From contig CAMONU010000006.1 in NCBI GenBank assembly GCA_946620695.1, forward strand, positions 17,479 to 81,478: DNA of 64,000 bases, given 5' to 3'. The position numbers were made by a program, and so were the translations under genes. Below are positions 55,326 through 64,000 of the stretch, one piece after another. Below the pieces are notes generated by a model. The model worked only from the letters and a program-made list of their open reading frames with translations, ran no database searches and had not been told where the DNA came from. This stretch comes from an uncultured Lachnospiraceae bacterium (GTDB lineage: Bacteria; Bacillota; Clostridia; Lachnospirales; Lachnospiraceae). Each line of letters opens with the position of its first letter. Position 1 is the first letter of the stretch.

Positions 55326-56387
55326 ATGAGAGAACTGGAAGTTACTTCCCTGCAGGCGGGACAGCGTCTGGACAGGCTGCTTGGCAAATATCTGAAAGAG
55401 GCTTCCGGACCCTTCCTTCACAAGATGCTGCGGAAGAAGAATATCACCCTGAACGGCCGCCGGGCGGACGGCAGTGAGAAGGTGGCAGAAGGGGATCTGA
55501 TCCGGATTTTCTTCGCGGAAGAAACCCTGGAAAAGTTCACGGGAAGCGGTCCGAAAGGGGAGGCAGGCAAAAAAGACCTTCTCGAACGCTATCCTTCGAC
55601 TGTTCTTGATATTCTGTATGAAGATGAAAATATTCTGCTGGTGAATAAACCTGCCGGCATGCTGACGCAGAAAGCCAGTGATGAGGATATTTCCCTGAAT
55701 GAGTACGCCATCGGCTATCTGCTGCGCTCCGGCGCCCTGTCGGAGGAGGACCTGCTTTCTTTCCGGCCTTCGGTCTGCAACCGTCTTGACCGCAATACCA
55801 GCGGTATCGTGGCGGTGGGAAAGTCCGTCGCAGGCCTGCAGGAGCTTTCAAAGATGTTTCATGACAGGACGGTTCACAAGTATTACCGGACGATCGTTCT
55901 CGGACATATTGAAAAAAGCCGGACCATAGAGGGCTACCTGAAAAAGGACCAGGACGAAAACAGGGTCCTGATCCTGAAGGAACCGGCACCCGAAGCCCAG
56001 CTGATCCGTACCGGCTATACGCCCCTCGGATGGGCTTCAGACGGCAATCCGGGCCATGACCTGACGATGCTGGAGATTGAACTGATCACCGGGCGCAGCC
56101 ATCAGATCAGGGCGCACCTGAGCTCGGCCGGGCATGCGGTGGCGGGGGATCCCAAATACGGGAGCCAGAAGCGGAATGATTATTTCAGGAGAGAGTACCA
56201 GGTGCGCAGACAGCTGCTGCATGCGGACCACATTACATTTCCCGCAGGAGACGGCTGCCTCGGACATCTGTCCGGCAGGACCTTCACAGCGCCTCTTCCG
56301 GATGATTTTCAGCGCGTGGTGAAGGGAGAAAAGATCCGGGAGAGGAAGGACCTCAGCCCGGGATACAGCGTCGGGGAGACTGAGTGA
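55326..56387 (+). CDS. RluA/RluD-family pseudouridine synthase
   Basis: GQRLDR, NKPAGM, NRLDRNTSG, TGRSHQIRAHL, GDPKYG. Confidence 0.93.
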   Translation: MRELEVTSLQAGQRLDRLLGKYLKEASGPFLHKMLRKKNITLNGRRADGSEKVAEGDLIRIFFAEETLEKFTGSGPKGEAGKKDLLERYPSTVLDILYEDENILLVNKPAGMLTQKASDEDISLNEYAIGYLLRSGALSEEDLLSFRPSVCNRLDRNTSGIVAVGKSVAGLQELSKMFHDRTVHKYYRTIVLGHIEKSRTIEGYLKKDQDENRVLILKEPAPEAQLIRTGYTPLGWASDGNPGHDLTMLEIELITGRSHQIRAHLSSAGHAVAGDPKYGSQKRNDYFRREYQVRRQLLHADHITFPAGDGCLGHLSGRTFTAPLPDDFQRVVKGEKIRERKDLSPGYSVGETE

Positions 56388-56394
56388 GAATCGT

Positions 56395-56943
56395 ATGGCG
56401 ACATGGAATTCAAGGGGCCTGAGAGGAAGTACCCTGGAGGATCTGATCAACCGCACAAATGAACAGTACCGGGAGAAAAAACTGGCCCTGATCCAGAAAA
56501 TTCCGACCCCGATCACCCCCATCGATATTGATAAGGAGAGCAGGCATATCACGCTGGCTTACTTTGACCAGAAGAGTACGGTGGATTATATCGGAGCCGT
56601 ACAGGGCGTTCCGGTATGCTTTGACGCGAAGGAAAGCAAGAGCGATACCTTCAGCCTGCAGAACGTTCATGAGCATCAGGTCGCATTTATGCGGGAATTT
56701 GAACGGCAGATGGGACTTGCTTTCCTGCTGATCTTTTATTCGCACAGGGATGAATTCTACTATATGCCCTTCACGGATCTGGAAAGATTCTGGAGGCGGG
56801 CGCAGGAGGGGGGCCGCAAGTCGGTCCGATTCGAGGAGATCGATACGCAGCTCCGGATCTGGCCCAACCGCCACGGAATTCTGCTTCCCTATCTGGACGC
56901 TGTCGCGATGGACCTGGAGCGGCACGACTGGGCGCAGGCCTGA
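56395..56943 (+). CDS. recU: Holliday junction resolvase RecU
   Basis: RGSTLE, KIPTP, STVDYIG, FDAKE, HEHQ. Confidence 0.93.
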   Translation: MATWNSRGLRGSTLEDLINRTNEQYREKKLALIQKIPTPITPIDIDKESRHITLAYFDQKSTVDYIGAVQGVPVCFDAKESKSDTFSLQNVHEHQVAFMREFERQMGLAFLLIFYSHRDEFYYMPFTDLERFWRRAQEGGRKSVRFEEIDTQLRIWPNRHGILLPYLDAVAMDLERHDWAQA

Positions 56944-56951
56944 GCTCCTAC

Positions 56952-56980
56952 TTGACAGAGCCGCGGAATGTGCGTAAGAT
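56952..56980 (+). promoter_or_regulatory. Sigma-A type promoter of the his operon
   Basis: TTGACA-17 bp-TAAGAT. Confidence 0.65.
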
Positions 56981-57002
56981 AACGAGATAGCTGATTTAAT
57001 GA

Positions 57003-57016
57003 TTTAGCACGCTAAA
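57003..57016. promoter_or_regulatory. Palindromic operator, HisR-box-like
   Basis: TTTAGC-AC-GCTAAA just downstream of the promoter; resembles the TTTA-N6-TAAA core of Firmicute HisR sites (from memory). Confidence 0.5.
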
Positions 57017-57068
57017 GCATACAGAAACATCTGAAGCATGCAAAAATATCTAAAGCATACAAAAGTAT
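57012..57068 (+). repeat. Tandem repeat, 19-bp unit, 3 copies, in the hisZ leader
   Basis: CTAAAGCATACAGAAACAT / CTGAAGCATGCAAAAATAT / CTAAAGCATACAAAAGTAT. Confidence 0.8.
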
Positions 57069-57092
57069 CTTAGAAACGGGGAACATTCATAT

Positions 57093-58304
57093 ATGAATCA
57101 GAAGATTCTTCATACACCGGAAGGACTCCGCGACATCTATTCCGATGAGTGCGAAAGAAAACAGATCCTGGAGCAGAGGCTGCATCAGGTTCCTGCTTCC
57201 TACGGATACAGGGATATCGAGACGCCCTCCATCGAATTTTTTGATGTATTCGGGTCCGATATCGGGACTATTCCCTCCCGAGATCTTTTTAAGTTTTTTG
57301 ACAGAGAAGGAAATACGCTGGTTCTGCGTCCGGACTTCACGCCGTCGATCGCAAGAGCCGCCAGCCGCTATTTTCAGAATGTGAATCATCCGATCCGCCT
57401 GTGCTATATAGGGAAAAGTTTTGTAAATTACTCCGGCCTGCAGGGAAGACTGAAGGAGAATACACAGATGGGAGCCGAGCTGATCGGCGCCTCCGGCGCA
57501 GACGCGGATGCCGAGGTCATCGCCATGGCGACGGAGACCATGCTGGCCGCGGGACTGGGGGAATTCCAGATCAGCGTCGGACACGTTGCTTTCTTTGAGA
57601 GCCTGGCGGAGGAAGCCGGATTTGATGAAGACACCGTTTTAAGACTCCGGAATCTGATCCATAACCGCAATACCTTCGGCGTTGAAAAGCTGCTGAGCAG
57701 CCTGGAAGAAGAGAGGAAAAGCGCGTCACAGCCTCTGGATGAGCGGATCCGCAGGCTTCTGATCGCTCTTCCCACTCTTACCGGAGGCGAAGAGTTGCTG
57801 GAAAAAGCATTCTCCATGTCGGAGGGACTGAAAGCTCAGGAAGCGGTGGTCCGCCTGAAGAAAGTTCTGGAGCTTCTGAAGCTTTACGGCCTTGAGCGCT
57901 ATACTTCCTTCGATCTGGGGATGCTGTCCGTGTATATGTACTATACAGGGATTATTTTCCGCGGATATACGTACGGGACCGGGGAAGCCGTGGTAAAAGG
58001 CGGACGCTATGACGCCCTGCTGAAGCATTTCGGCAAAGACCTGCCCTCCATCGGCTTTGTAGTCGTCATCGGACAGCTGCTGAATGCTTTGCAGCGTCAG
58101 AAGATCGAGATCCTTCCTGCGCATGAGCGTTACCTGATCCTGTATAGAGAAGAAGCGGCGAAGGAAGCCGTGAGCAGGGCTGCCGCCTGGCGAAGACAGG
58201 GAAAATATACAGAACTGATGCTGCTTGCCTCTGAGAAGGACATTGAGAAGAGCGATGAGGAATACCGCCGCGAGGGCGGATATGCGGGCGTAATCCGTCT
58301 GTAA
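57093..58304 (+). CDS. hisZ: ATP phosphoribosyltransferase regulatory subunit
   Basis: TPEGLRD, LRPDFTPSIAR, QMGAELIG, YYTGIIF, GGRYD. Confidence 0.95.
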   Translation: MNQKILHTPEGLRDIYSDECERKQILEQRLHQVPASYGYRDIETPSIEFFDVFGSDIGTIPSRDLFKFFDREGNTLVLRPDFTPSIARAASRYFQNVNHPIRLCYIGKSFVNYSGLQGRLKENTQMGAELIGASGADADAEVIAMATETMLAAGLGEFQISVGHVAFFESLAEEAGFDEDTVLRLRNLIHNRNTFGVEKLLSSLEEERKSASQPLDERIRRLLIALPTLTGGEELLEKAFSMSEGLKAQEAVVRLKKVLELLKLYGLERYTSFDLGMLSVYMYYTGIIFRGYTYGTGEAVVKGGRYDALLKHFGKDLPSIGFVVVIGQLLNALQRQKIEILPAHERYLILYREEAAKEAVSRAAAWRRQGKYTELMLLASEKDIEKSDEEYRREGGYAGVIRL

Positions 58305-58411
58305 GAAGGGCATACGCGGGCGTAATCCGCCTGTAAGAAGGGCATATGCGGGCGTAATCCGCCTGTAAGAAAGGCATACGCAGACGCAATCTGTCTGTAA
58401 GAAGGGCATAC
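58284..58411 (+). repeat. Tandem repeat, 32-bp unit, 4 copies, first unit containing the hisZ stop
   Basis: GCGGGCGTAATCCG(T/C)CTGTAAGAAGGGCATAC at 58284, 58316, 58348, 58380. Confidence 0.93.
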
Positions 58412-58590
58412 GCCGCTGCCGCCAGCGTTCTTGAGCATCGCGGCAGGGAAAGACATATATTTACCCACGGCTGCGCATCCATCCGAAGCCATTGAGTCAA
58501 AGTGCGATCCATCGTTTCGGAAGGAGGTATCCGAGGCTGTTAGTCAGAGTGCAATATGCCGTTTCGGGAGAAGTAAGGGAAGAAAATCTT

Positions 58591-59235
58591 ATGAGATATC
58601 TCACCATAGCCCTGACAAAGGGCAGGCTAGCGAAGCAGACGATGCAGCTTCTGGAGAAGATCGGTATCTCCTGCGAGGAGATGACGGATCCGGATACCAG
58701 AAAGCTGATCTTTGTAAATGAAGAACTGAAGCTCAGATTTTTCCTGGCCAAGGGGCCGGATGTCCCGACCTATGTGGAGTACGGGGCGGCGGATATCGGC
58801 GTGGTCGGGGAAGACACGATCATGGAGGAAGGACGGAAGATCTATGAAGTCCTTGATCTGGGCTTCGGGAAATGCCGGATGTGCGTCGCCGGCCCCGAGG
58901 AGGCGGGAGCTCTCCTGAACGGTCAGGAGCAGATCCGGGTGGCGACAAAGTACCCGAAGATCGCGAGAGATTATTTTACGGAGCGGAAAAACCAGACTGT
59001 GGAGATCATCAAGCTGAACGGTTCCATCGAGCTTGCACCGATTGTCGGCCTGGCCGAAGTGATCGTTGATATCGTGGAGACCGGATCCACTTTGAAGGAG
59101 AACGGCCTGAAGGTGCTGGAGGAGGTCTGCCCCCTTTCGGCCAGAGTGGTGGTGAATCCGGTCAGCATGCGGATGGAAAATGCCCGCATTACAAAACTTC
59201 TGGATGACATGAACCGGGTACTTATGCAGATATAA
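58591..59235 (+). CDS. hisG: ATP phosphoribosyltransferase, short form
   Basis: IALTKGRL, DVPTYVEYG, ATKYP, IVDIVETG; start ATG 58591. Confidence 0.96.
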   Translation: MRYLTIALTKGRLAKQTMQLLEKIGISCEEMTDPDTRKLIFVNEELKLRFFLAKGPDVPTYVEYGAADIGVVGEDTIMEEGRKIYEVLDLGFGKCRMCVAGPEEAGALLNGQEQIRVATKYPKIARDYFTERKNQTVEIIKLNGSIELAPIVGLAEVIVDIVETGSTLKENGLKVLEEVCPLSARVVVNPVSMRMENARITKLLDDMNRVLMQI

Positions 59236-59298
59236 GAGCACGGAGACGGTGCTGCAGTTTGTTTTGGACAATCCATATTCTGCCTGAAACTGGTTACT

Positions 59299-59382
59299 AT
59301 TCATGGTCATTTTGAAATCAGGTTCTCGTTCGTCGTGCTTGCACGTAAGAAAAAGGTTCTGATTTCAAATAAGGCCTGCGAA
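59299..59382 (+). mobile_element. Dispersed MITE/REP-like element, copy F (near complete)
   Basis: ATTCATGGTCATTTTGAAATCAGGTTCTCGTTCGTCGTGCTTGCACGTAAGAAAAAGGTTCTGATTTCAAATAAGGCCTGCGAA. Confidence 0.85.
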
Positions 59383-59475
59383 GCAGTTTGATTTACAGAT
59401 GCGGCTGCAAAACAGTCATCTGTGGATATTGAGTCAGGGAATTTAAACTTCGTTTTAGGAGGAGGAAAGGGACAT

Positions 59476-60774
59476 ATGAGGATCGTCAGACTGACAGAGG
59501 AGACGAGAAAAGATCTTTTGAACAATCTGCTGAAGCGCAGCCCCAACAACTATTCCGAGTACGAGGGGGCTGTCAGCCGGATCGTCACGGACGTCCGTGA
59601 ACATGGAGACGAAGCTCTTTTCGCCTATACGGAGAAGTTTGACCATACAAAGCTGACGAAAGAGAATATCACGGTGACGGAGGAGGAGATCCGGGAAGCC
59701 TATGAGCTGGTCGATCCGAAGCTGGTCGATGTGATCCGCAAGGCTCTTAATAATATCCGGACCTATCATGAGAAGCAGCGCCGCTACAGCTGGTTTGATT
59801 CCGATGAGAGCGGTGTTCTTCTGGGACAGAAGGTCACGCCCCTCCAGCGTGTCGGCGTATACGTTCCGGGAGGGAAGGCAGTCTACCCCTCCTCTGTTCT
59901 GATGAATATCGTACCGGCGAAGGTTGCCGGCGTTTCACAGATCATCATGACCACGCCTCCGGGAAAGGACGGTAAAATCAGTCCCAATACCCTGGTTGCC
60001 GCCCATGAGGCGGGGGCCGACCTGATCTATAAGGCGGGCGGCGCCCAGGCCATCGCGGCTCTTGCCTTCGGGACGGACAGCATTCCGAAGGTGGACAAGA
60101 TCGTCGGGCCGGGGAATATCTTTGTGGCCCTTGCCAAGAAGATGGTCTACGGCTTTGTCGGAATCGACTCCATCGCGGGTCCGAGCGAGATCACCGTTCT
60201 GGCGGATGAGACGGCCAATGCCCATTTTGTGGCGGCGGACCTGCTCAGCCAGGCGGAGCATGATGAACTCGCATCGGCGATCCTCGTTACCACCAGCGAA
60301 AAACTGGCCGAAGATGTATCGGCTGAGATCAATCAGTATCTGAAGAAGCTCTCCAGAAGGGAAATCATAGAGAAATCCCTGGAGAATTACGGATATATCC
60401 TTCTTGCGGACAGCCTGGAAGAAGGAATCGGCACTGTGAACTCGATCGCGCCGGAGCATCTGGAGATCGTCACTTCGAATCCTTTCGAAACGATGATGAA
60501 GATCCGCAACGCAGGCGCCATCTTCCTGGGAACCTGGTCCAGCGAGCCGCTGGGCGATTATTTCGCCGGGCCGAACCATATCCTGCCGACAAACGGAACC
60601 GCGCGCTTCTTCAGCCCGCTGGGCGTGGATGATTTTGTCAAGAAATCCAGCATTGTATATTATTCCGAAGAGGCACTGCGGCAGGTGCATGCGGATATCG
60701 AGCAGTTCGCGAAAGCGGAGCAGCTCACGGCGCACGCGAATTCCATCGCGGTGCGTTTCGGAACAGAACTGTAA
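59476..60774 (+). CDS. hisD: Histidinol dehydrogenase
   Basis: [41 protein letters not shown]. Confidence 0.97.
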   Translation: MRIVRLTEETRKDLLNNLLKRSPNNYSEYEGAVSRIVTDVREHGDEALFAYTEKFDHTKLTKENITVTEEEIREAYELVDPKLVDVIRKALNNIRTYHEKQRRYSWFDSDESGVLLGQKVTPLQRVGVYVPGGKAVYPSSVLMNIVPAKVAGVSQIIMTTPPGKDGKISPNTLVAAHEAGADLIYKAGGAQAIAALAFGTDSIPKVDKIVGPGNIFVALAKKMVYGFVGIDSIAGPSEITVLADETANAHFVAADLLSQAEHDELASAILVTTSEKLAEDVSAEINQYLKKLSRREIIEKSLENYGYILLADSLEEGIGTVNSIAPEHLEIVTSNPFETMMKIRNAGAIFLGTWSSEPLGDYFAGPNHILPTNGTARFFSPLGVDDFVKKSSIVYYSEEALRQVHADIEQFAKAEQLTAHANSIAVRFGTEL

Positions 60775-60859
60775 ACAGCAGTTTCAGCTCAGGCTGATCT
60801 GAATACGGCGCGCCCCGCCAGGCGGGGATGGCGTACAGTCGGCCGGATCGGGGGATGTT

Positions 60860-61447
60860 ATGGCACGGATCGCTGAAGTGGAGAGATATACGAAGGAGAC
60901 GAGCATAGAGGTTCAGCTGAACCTCGACGGGAGCGGGCAGGCTCAGATCGATACGGGTGTGGGCTTCTTTGACCACATGCTGGAGGGGTTTGCGCGTCAC
61001 GGCCTCTTTGACCTGACCATCAAGGTGGACGGAGACCTTCAGGTGGACGACCATCATACGATCGAGGATACCGGTATCGTCCTGGGCCAGGCGATCGCCA
61101 GGGCTGTCAAGGACAAACGGGGTATTCAGCGCTACGGAGACAGGATTCTGCCGATGGACGAGGTTCTCGTCCTGTGTGCGGTGGACCTCTGCGGCCGGCC
61201 TTACCTGCAGTTTGACGCCGAGTTTCAGGCGGATCGGATGGGCGACATGTCGACGCAGATGGTGAAGGAATTCTTCTATGCAGTGTCCTACAGCGCCATG
61301 ATGAATCTGCATCTGAAGGTGATTACTCCTGGAAATGACCATCATATGGCCGAGGCCATGTTCAAGGCTTTCGCGAAAGCGCTGGACCAGGCGGTCAGCT
61401 ATGATCCCAGGATTACCGATGTCCTCTCAACCAAAGGGACTATTTAA
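60860..61447 (+). CDS. hisB: Imidazoleglycerol-phosphate dehydratase
   Basis: FFDHML, DDHHTIED, NDHHMAEAMFKA, STKG. Confidence 0.97.
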   Translation: MARIAEVERYTKETSIEVQLNLDGSGQAQIDTGVGFFDHMLEGFARHGLFDLTIKVDGDLQVDDHHTIEDTGIVLGQAIARAVKDKRGIQRYGDRILPMDEVLVLCAVDLCGRPYLQFDAEFQADRMGDMSTQMVKEFFYAVSYSAMMNLHLKVITPGNDHHMAEAMFKAFAKALDQAVSYDPRITDVLSTKGTI

Positions 61448-61560
61448 GTGGCAGTCAAAGCCGCAGGTTGTCAAGGTGAAAATTCAGCGGCAGTCAGAGC
61501 TGAAGGTTGTCAAGGTAAAACATAAGCGACTGTCAGAGCAGCAGATTCATCAAGGCAAAT
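61444..61560 (+). repeat. Tandem repeat, 39-bp unit, 3 copies, first unit overlapping the hisB stop
   Basis: Units at 61444, 61483, 61522 sharing GTCA(A/G)AGC...TCAAGG. Confidence 0.8.
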
Positions 61561-61667
61561 TAACAGCGCTCAGAAGAGCAGATTTGTCTTGTCTGCCACA
61601 GAGGCAGCGGCTGAGGATAGAAGAGAGCCGGAAGCGCTGCGCCGGCGTTCACGGAGGGAGTTAACGG

Positions 61668-63029
61668 ATGCTGAAAAATATGGTTTCCGCGATTATTCTG
61701 AAGGAGGGAAGGGCGGTAAGAAGTCTGGAAGACCCGCTTCCCTTTCAGGAAGGAGACGCGGTCAGCCTTGCGGAATATTATTCAAACAGGGGAGCAGATG
61801 AACTGCTGATCTTTGACCAGTCAGACAATGATGAGGAGCATGACATCTCCCTTACCCTGATGCGCCGGATGGCAAGAAAAGCGGATATCCCCATGTGGGG
61901 GCTGGGCAATATCAAAAGGGCGGAGGATGTGAAGAAGATCCTCTACGCAGGATGCAGAAAAGCGGTCCTGAACGGATCGAAAGCATCTAATCTGGCGATG
62001 CTGGAGGAAGTCTCCAAACGCTTTGGCCGTGATAAGATCGCGGTCTGTCTGGATCTGAGAAAGGACCCTGAACTGAGCGGGGAGCAGATGGAGAAGATCA
62101 GAAACTATACCTGCGCCCTGGTACTGCTGACAGATCTTTCGTTCTACAGGGAGCACGGGCTTTTCCCGGGTGCCCGGAAAATCACAGAAGGTGCCTGCGG
62201 GGCAGCGGAAATGCAGCCTGCCGGGCAGCTGCCCTGTACAGTCTTTTTCTGCGGAGGAGAAAGCCTTAAGCAGGAGGAAATGACCGCGCTTTTAAAAGAT
62301 CCCCTGGTTGCGGGCCTGGGCGATGAAAGCCTCCGGGATCCGGAGACCGGCATCATGGAGAAAAAGAGCATCTGCGCAGAAGCCGGCATCGAAGTCAATA
62401 TGTATACATGCGCGGTTTCATGGGAGGATCTGAAGACCGGTCCGGACGGGCTTGTCCCTGTTGTCGTACAGGATTATAAGAACGAAGAGGTTCTTATGGC
62501 AGCCTATATGAACCGCGAAGCCTTTGATGAGACAGTCCGCACCGGTGTTATGACCTACTGGTCCAGGAGCAGACAGGAACTGTGGGTCAAGGGACTGACC
62601 AGCGGGCATTTCCAGTACCTGAAGGAGATGCGCATCGACTGCGACAATGATACAATCCTTGTAAAAGTGGCCCAGGTCGGCGCAGCCTGCCATACCGGGA
62701 ACCGCAGCTGTTTCTACCGGACGGTTCTGAAGAAGGAATACGCTGACCGCAATCCCATGAAGATCTTCGAGTCCGTATACGATGTGATCGAAGACCGGAA
62801 GGTGCATCCGAAGGAAGGGTCCTATACCAATTACCTGTTTGACAAGGGAATCGACAAGATTCTGAAAAAATGCGGGGAGGAGGCGGCTGAGATCATCATC
62901 GCGGCCAAGAATCCGAATCCGGAGGAGGTCAAGTACGAAATCGCCGACTTCCTCTACCATGTGATGGTCCTCATGAGTGAGCGGGGAATTACCTGGGAGG
63001 ATGTGACCCAGGAACTTGCGAACCGCTGA
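61668..63029 (+). CDS. hisIE: Fusion: degenerate HisF/HisA-like barrel domain plus HisI (PR-AMP cyclohydrolase) plus HisE (PR-ATP diphosphatase)
   Basis: N-terminal GADEL...[16 protein letters not shown]; HisI YWSRSR, KGLTSG, DCDND, ACHTG, SCF; His[19 protein letters not shown]. Confidence 0.9.
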   Translation: MLKNMVSAIILKEGRAVRSLEDPLPFQEGDAVSLAEYYSNRGADELLIFDQSDNDEEHDISLTLMRRMARKADIPMWGLGNIKRAEDVKKILYAGCRKAVLNGSKASNLAMLEEVSKRFGRDKIAVCLDLRKDPELSGEQMEKIRNYTCALVLLTDLSFYREHGLFPGARKITEGACGAAEMQPAGQLPCTVFFCGGESLKQEEMTALLKDPLVAGLGDESLRDPETGIMEKKSICAEAGIEVNMYTCAVSWEDLKTGPDGLVPVVVQDYKNEEVLMAAYMNREAFDETVRTGVMTYWSRSRQELWVKGLTSGHFQYLKEMRIDCDNDTILVKVAQVGAACHTGNRSCFYRTVLKKEYADRNPMKIFESVYDVIEDRKVHPKEGSYTNYLFDKGIDKILKKCGEEAAEIIIAAKNPNPEEVKYEIADFLYHVMVLMSERGITWEDVTQELANR

Positions 63030-63112
63030 AAAGGCCGGTCTTACGAGGAGAAGCCTGCAAAGCCGCAAAGAGCATAAATGTTACAAAATTTAACAAAATT
63101 ATTAAGATCCGA

Positions 63113-63141
63113 TTGACAAGGGAAATTCACGTATCTATACT
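63113..63141 (+). promoter_or_regulatory. Sigma-A type promoter
   Basis: TTGACA-17 bp-TATACT. Confidence 0.75.
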
Positions 63142-63167
63142 TTACGATATAAGGAGGAAATATCGAC

Positions 63168-64000
63168 ATGAAGGATCGATATGGCCTGTTACATATCAAG
63201 AAGGATAGAACGGGAAAGGCAGATATGCAGGAATCCGGTATGAAAGCGTCAGGAAAGACGAATATGCATGAATCGCGGAAATCCGGCAAAAAGCGGACTG
63301 TAAAGTCTGCCGGAAAGTCTCCGAAAGCATCCCGGACTCAGAGAATGATAAAGAGACTGCTCAGGGACAGATGGCTGACAGCCGCATGTCTTATGCTCTG
63401 CGCTGCCGTCCTGTGCGTCGTCTGTATTCCGGCGGTGAAGAGATTTTCTTCAAGGGACGACAGCGTCCATGTGCTTCCGGTTACCCTGGCAGGCGCGCTG
63501 ACGGAGAATAATGCAGATGAATATGTCCCGGAGGAAGAGAACGGGGATGAAACGCACCGGATGCACTGCAAGACAAGGATGCTCCTGAACACGCTCGTGA
63601 ATGACCTTCAGACGGCAGAGCAGTGTTCGCTGAAGGAACCGCTTGATCCGGAGAGGGAGAGTTCCATCAAGGCCGCCGCGGCCATCGGTTATAAATCGAT
63701 GCAGACGATATCGGATAATCAGCCGATGAGCTATACGGATTATTCCACCCTGCTCCAGATCGTGGAGGCGGAGTGCACCGGCGGGGATGAGCGGAGCAAG
63801 CTTTTAGTTGCGGATGTTATACTGAACCGGGTGGAGGATGAACATTTTCCGGACAATGTCTATGACGTCGTCTGGCAGCGGCTTGGCGGGCAGGCACAGT
63901 TTTCCCCGACCCAGGACGGCCGCATGGGGACGCTCAGCATCAGTGATACCACTGTAAGCGCGGTGAAGCGCGCGGTGGAGGGAGAAGATATCTCGGAGGG
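63168..64000 (+). CDS. Membrane-anchored cell wall hydrolase (SleB/CwlJ Hydrolase_2 domain), 3'-truncated by the window edge
   Basis: My translation from ATG 63168 (AAGGAGG RBS): basic N-terminus, TM helix, then LLQIVEAECTG...VADVILNRV...FPDNVYDVVWQ...QFSP; not in the ORF track because there is no stop. Confidence 0.85.
   Translation, partial: MKDRYGLLHIKKDRTGKADMQESGMKASGKTNMHESRKSGKKRTVKSAGKSPKASRTQRMIKRLLRDRWLTAACLMLCAAVLCVVCIPAVKRFSSRDDSVHVLPVTLAGALTENNADEYVPEEENGDETHRMHCKTRMLLNTLVNDLQTAEQCSLKEPLDPERESSIKAAAAIGYKSMQTISDNQPMSYTDYSTLLQIVEAECTGGDERSKLLVADVILNRVEDEHFPDNVYDVVWQRLGGQAQFSPTQDGRMGTLSISDTTVSAVKRAVEGEDISE

Overview
Chromosomal, mostly housekeeping/accessory-metabolism window from an anaerobic Firmicute; gene content and order (recU, hisZ, pepV, rsmD-coaD, HisF-like::HisIE fusion) suggest Lachnospiraceae-like Clostridia (inference). 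Left to right: end of a GH2 glycosidase, a carbohydrate ABC transporter, acyl-CoA ligase plus E2-like acyltransferase, a signal-peptide-bearing prephenate dehydratase, an nrdG / nrdD::redoxin / trxB cluster, pepV, an MBOAT-DHHW-SGNH-lipoprotein O-acylation locus, thyA-folA-recD2::exonuclease, a nucleoside salvage region with a flavinylated extracellular reductase, a PhnDCEE transporter plus phosphoesterase and an unknown P-loop protein, eda-kdgK, the mgsA-like/rsmD/coaD region, RNA modification genes, recU, a partial his operon and a truncated cell wall hydrolase. I saw no rRNA, tRNA, CRISPR array, integrase, transposase or prophage. The most striking non-gene signals are (1) an ~80-bp dispersed element with 23-bp terminal inverted repeats, present in at least 7 recognisable copies, and (2) many unrelated short tandem duplications, most of which start inside the last codons of the upstream gene. 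The most striking gene-level signals are the RecD2-DEDDh exonuclease fusion, the class III RNR with a tethered CPNC redoxin next to trxB, the apparently exported prephenate dehydratase, and solute-binding proteins without lipoboxes. All product calls come from motif recognition by eye; no database searches were run.
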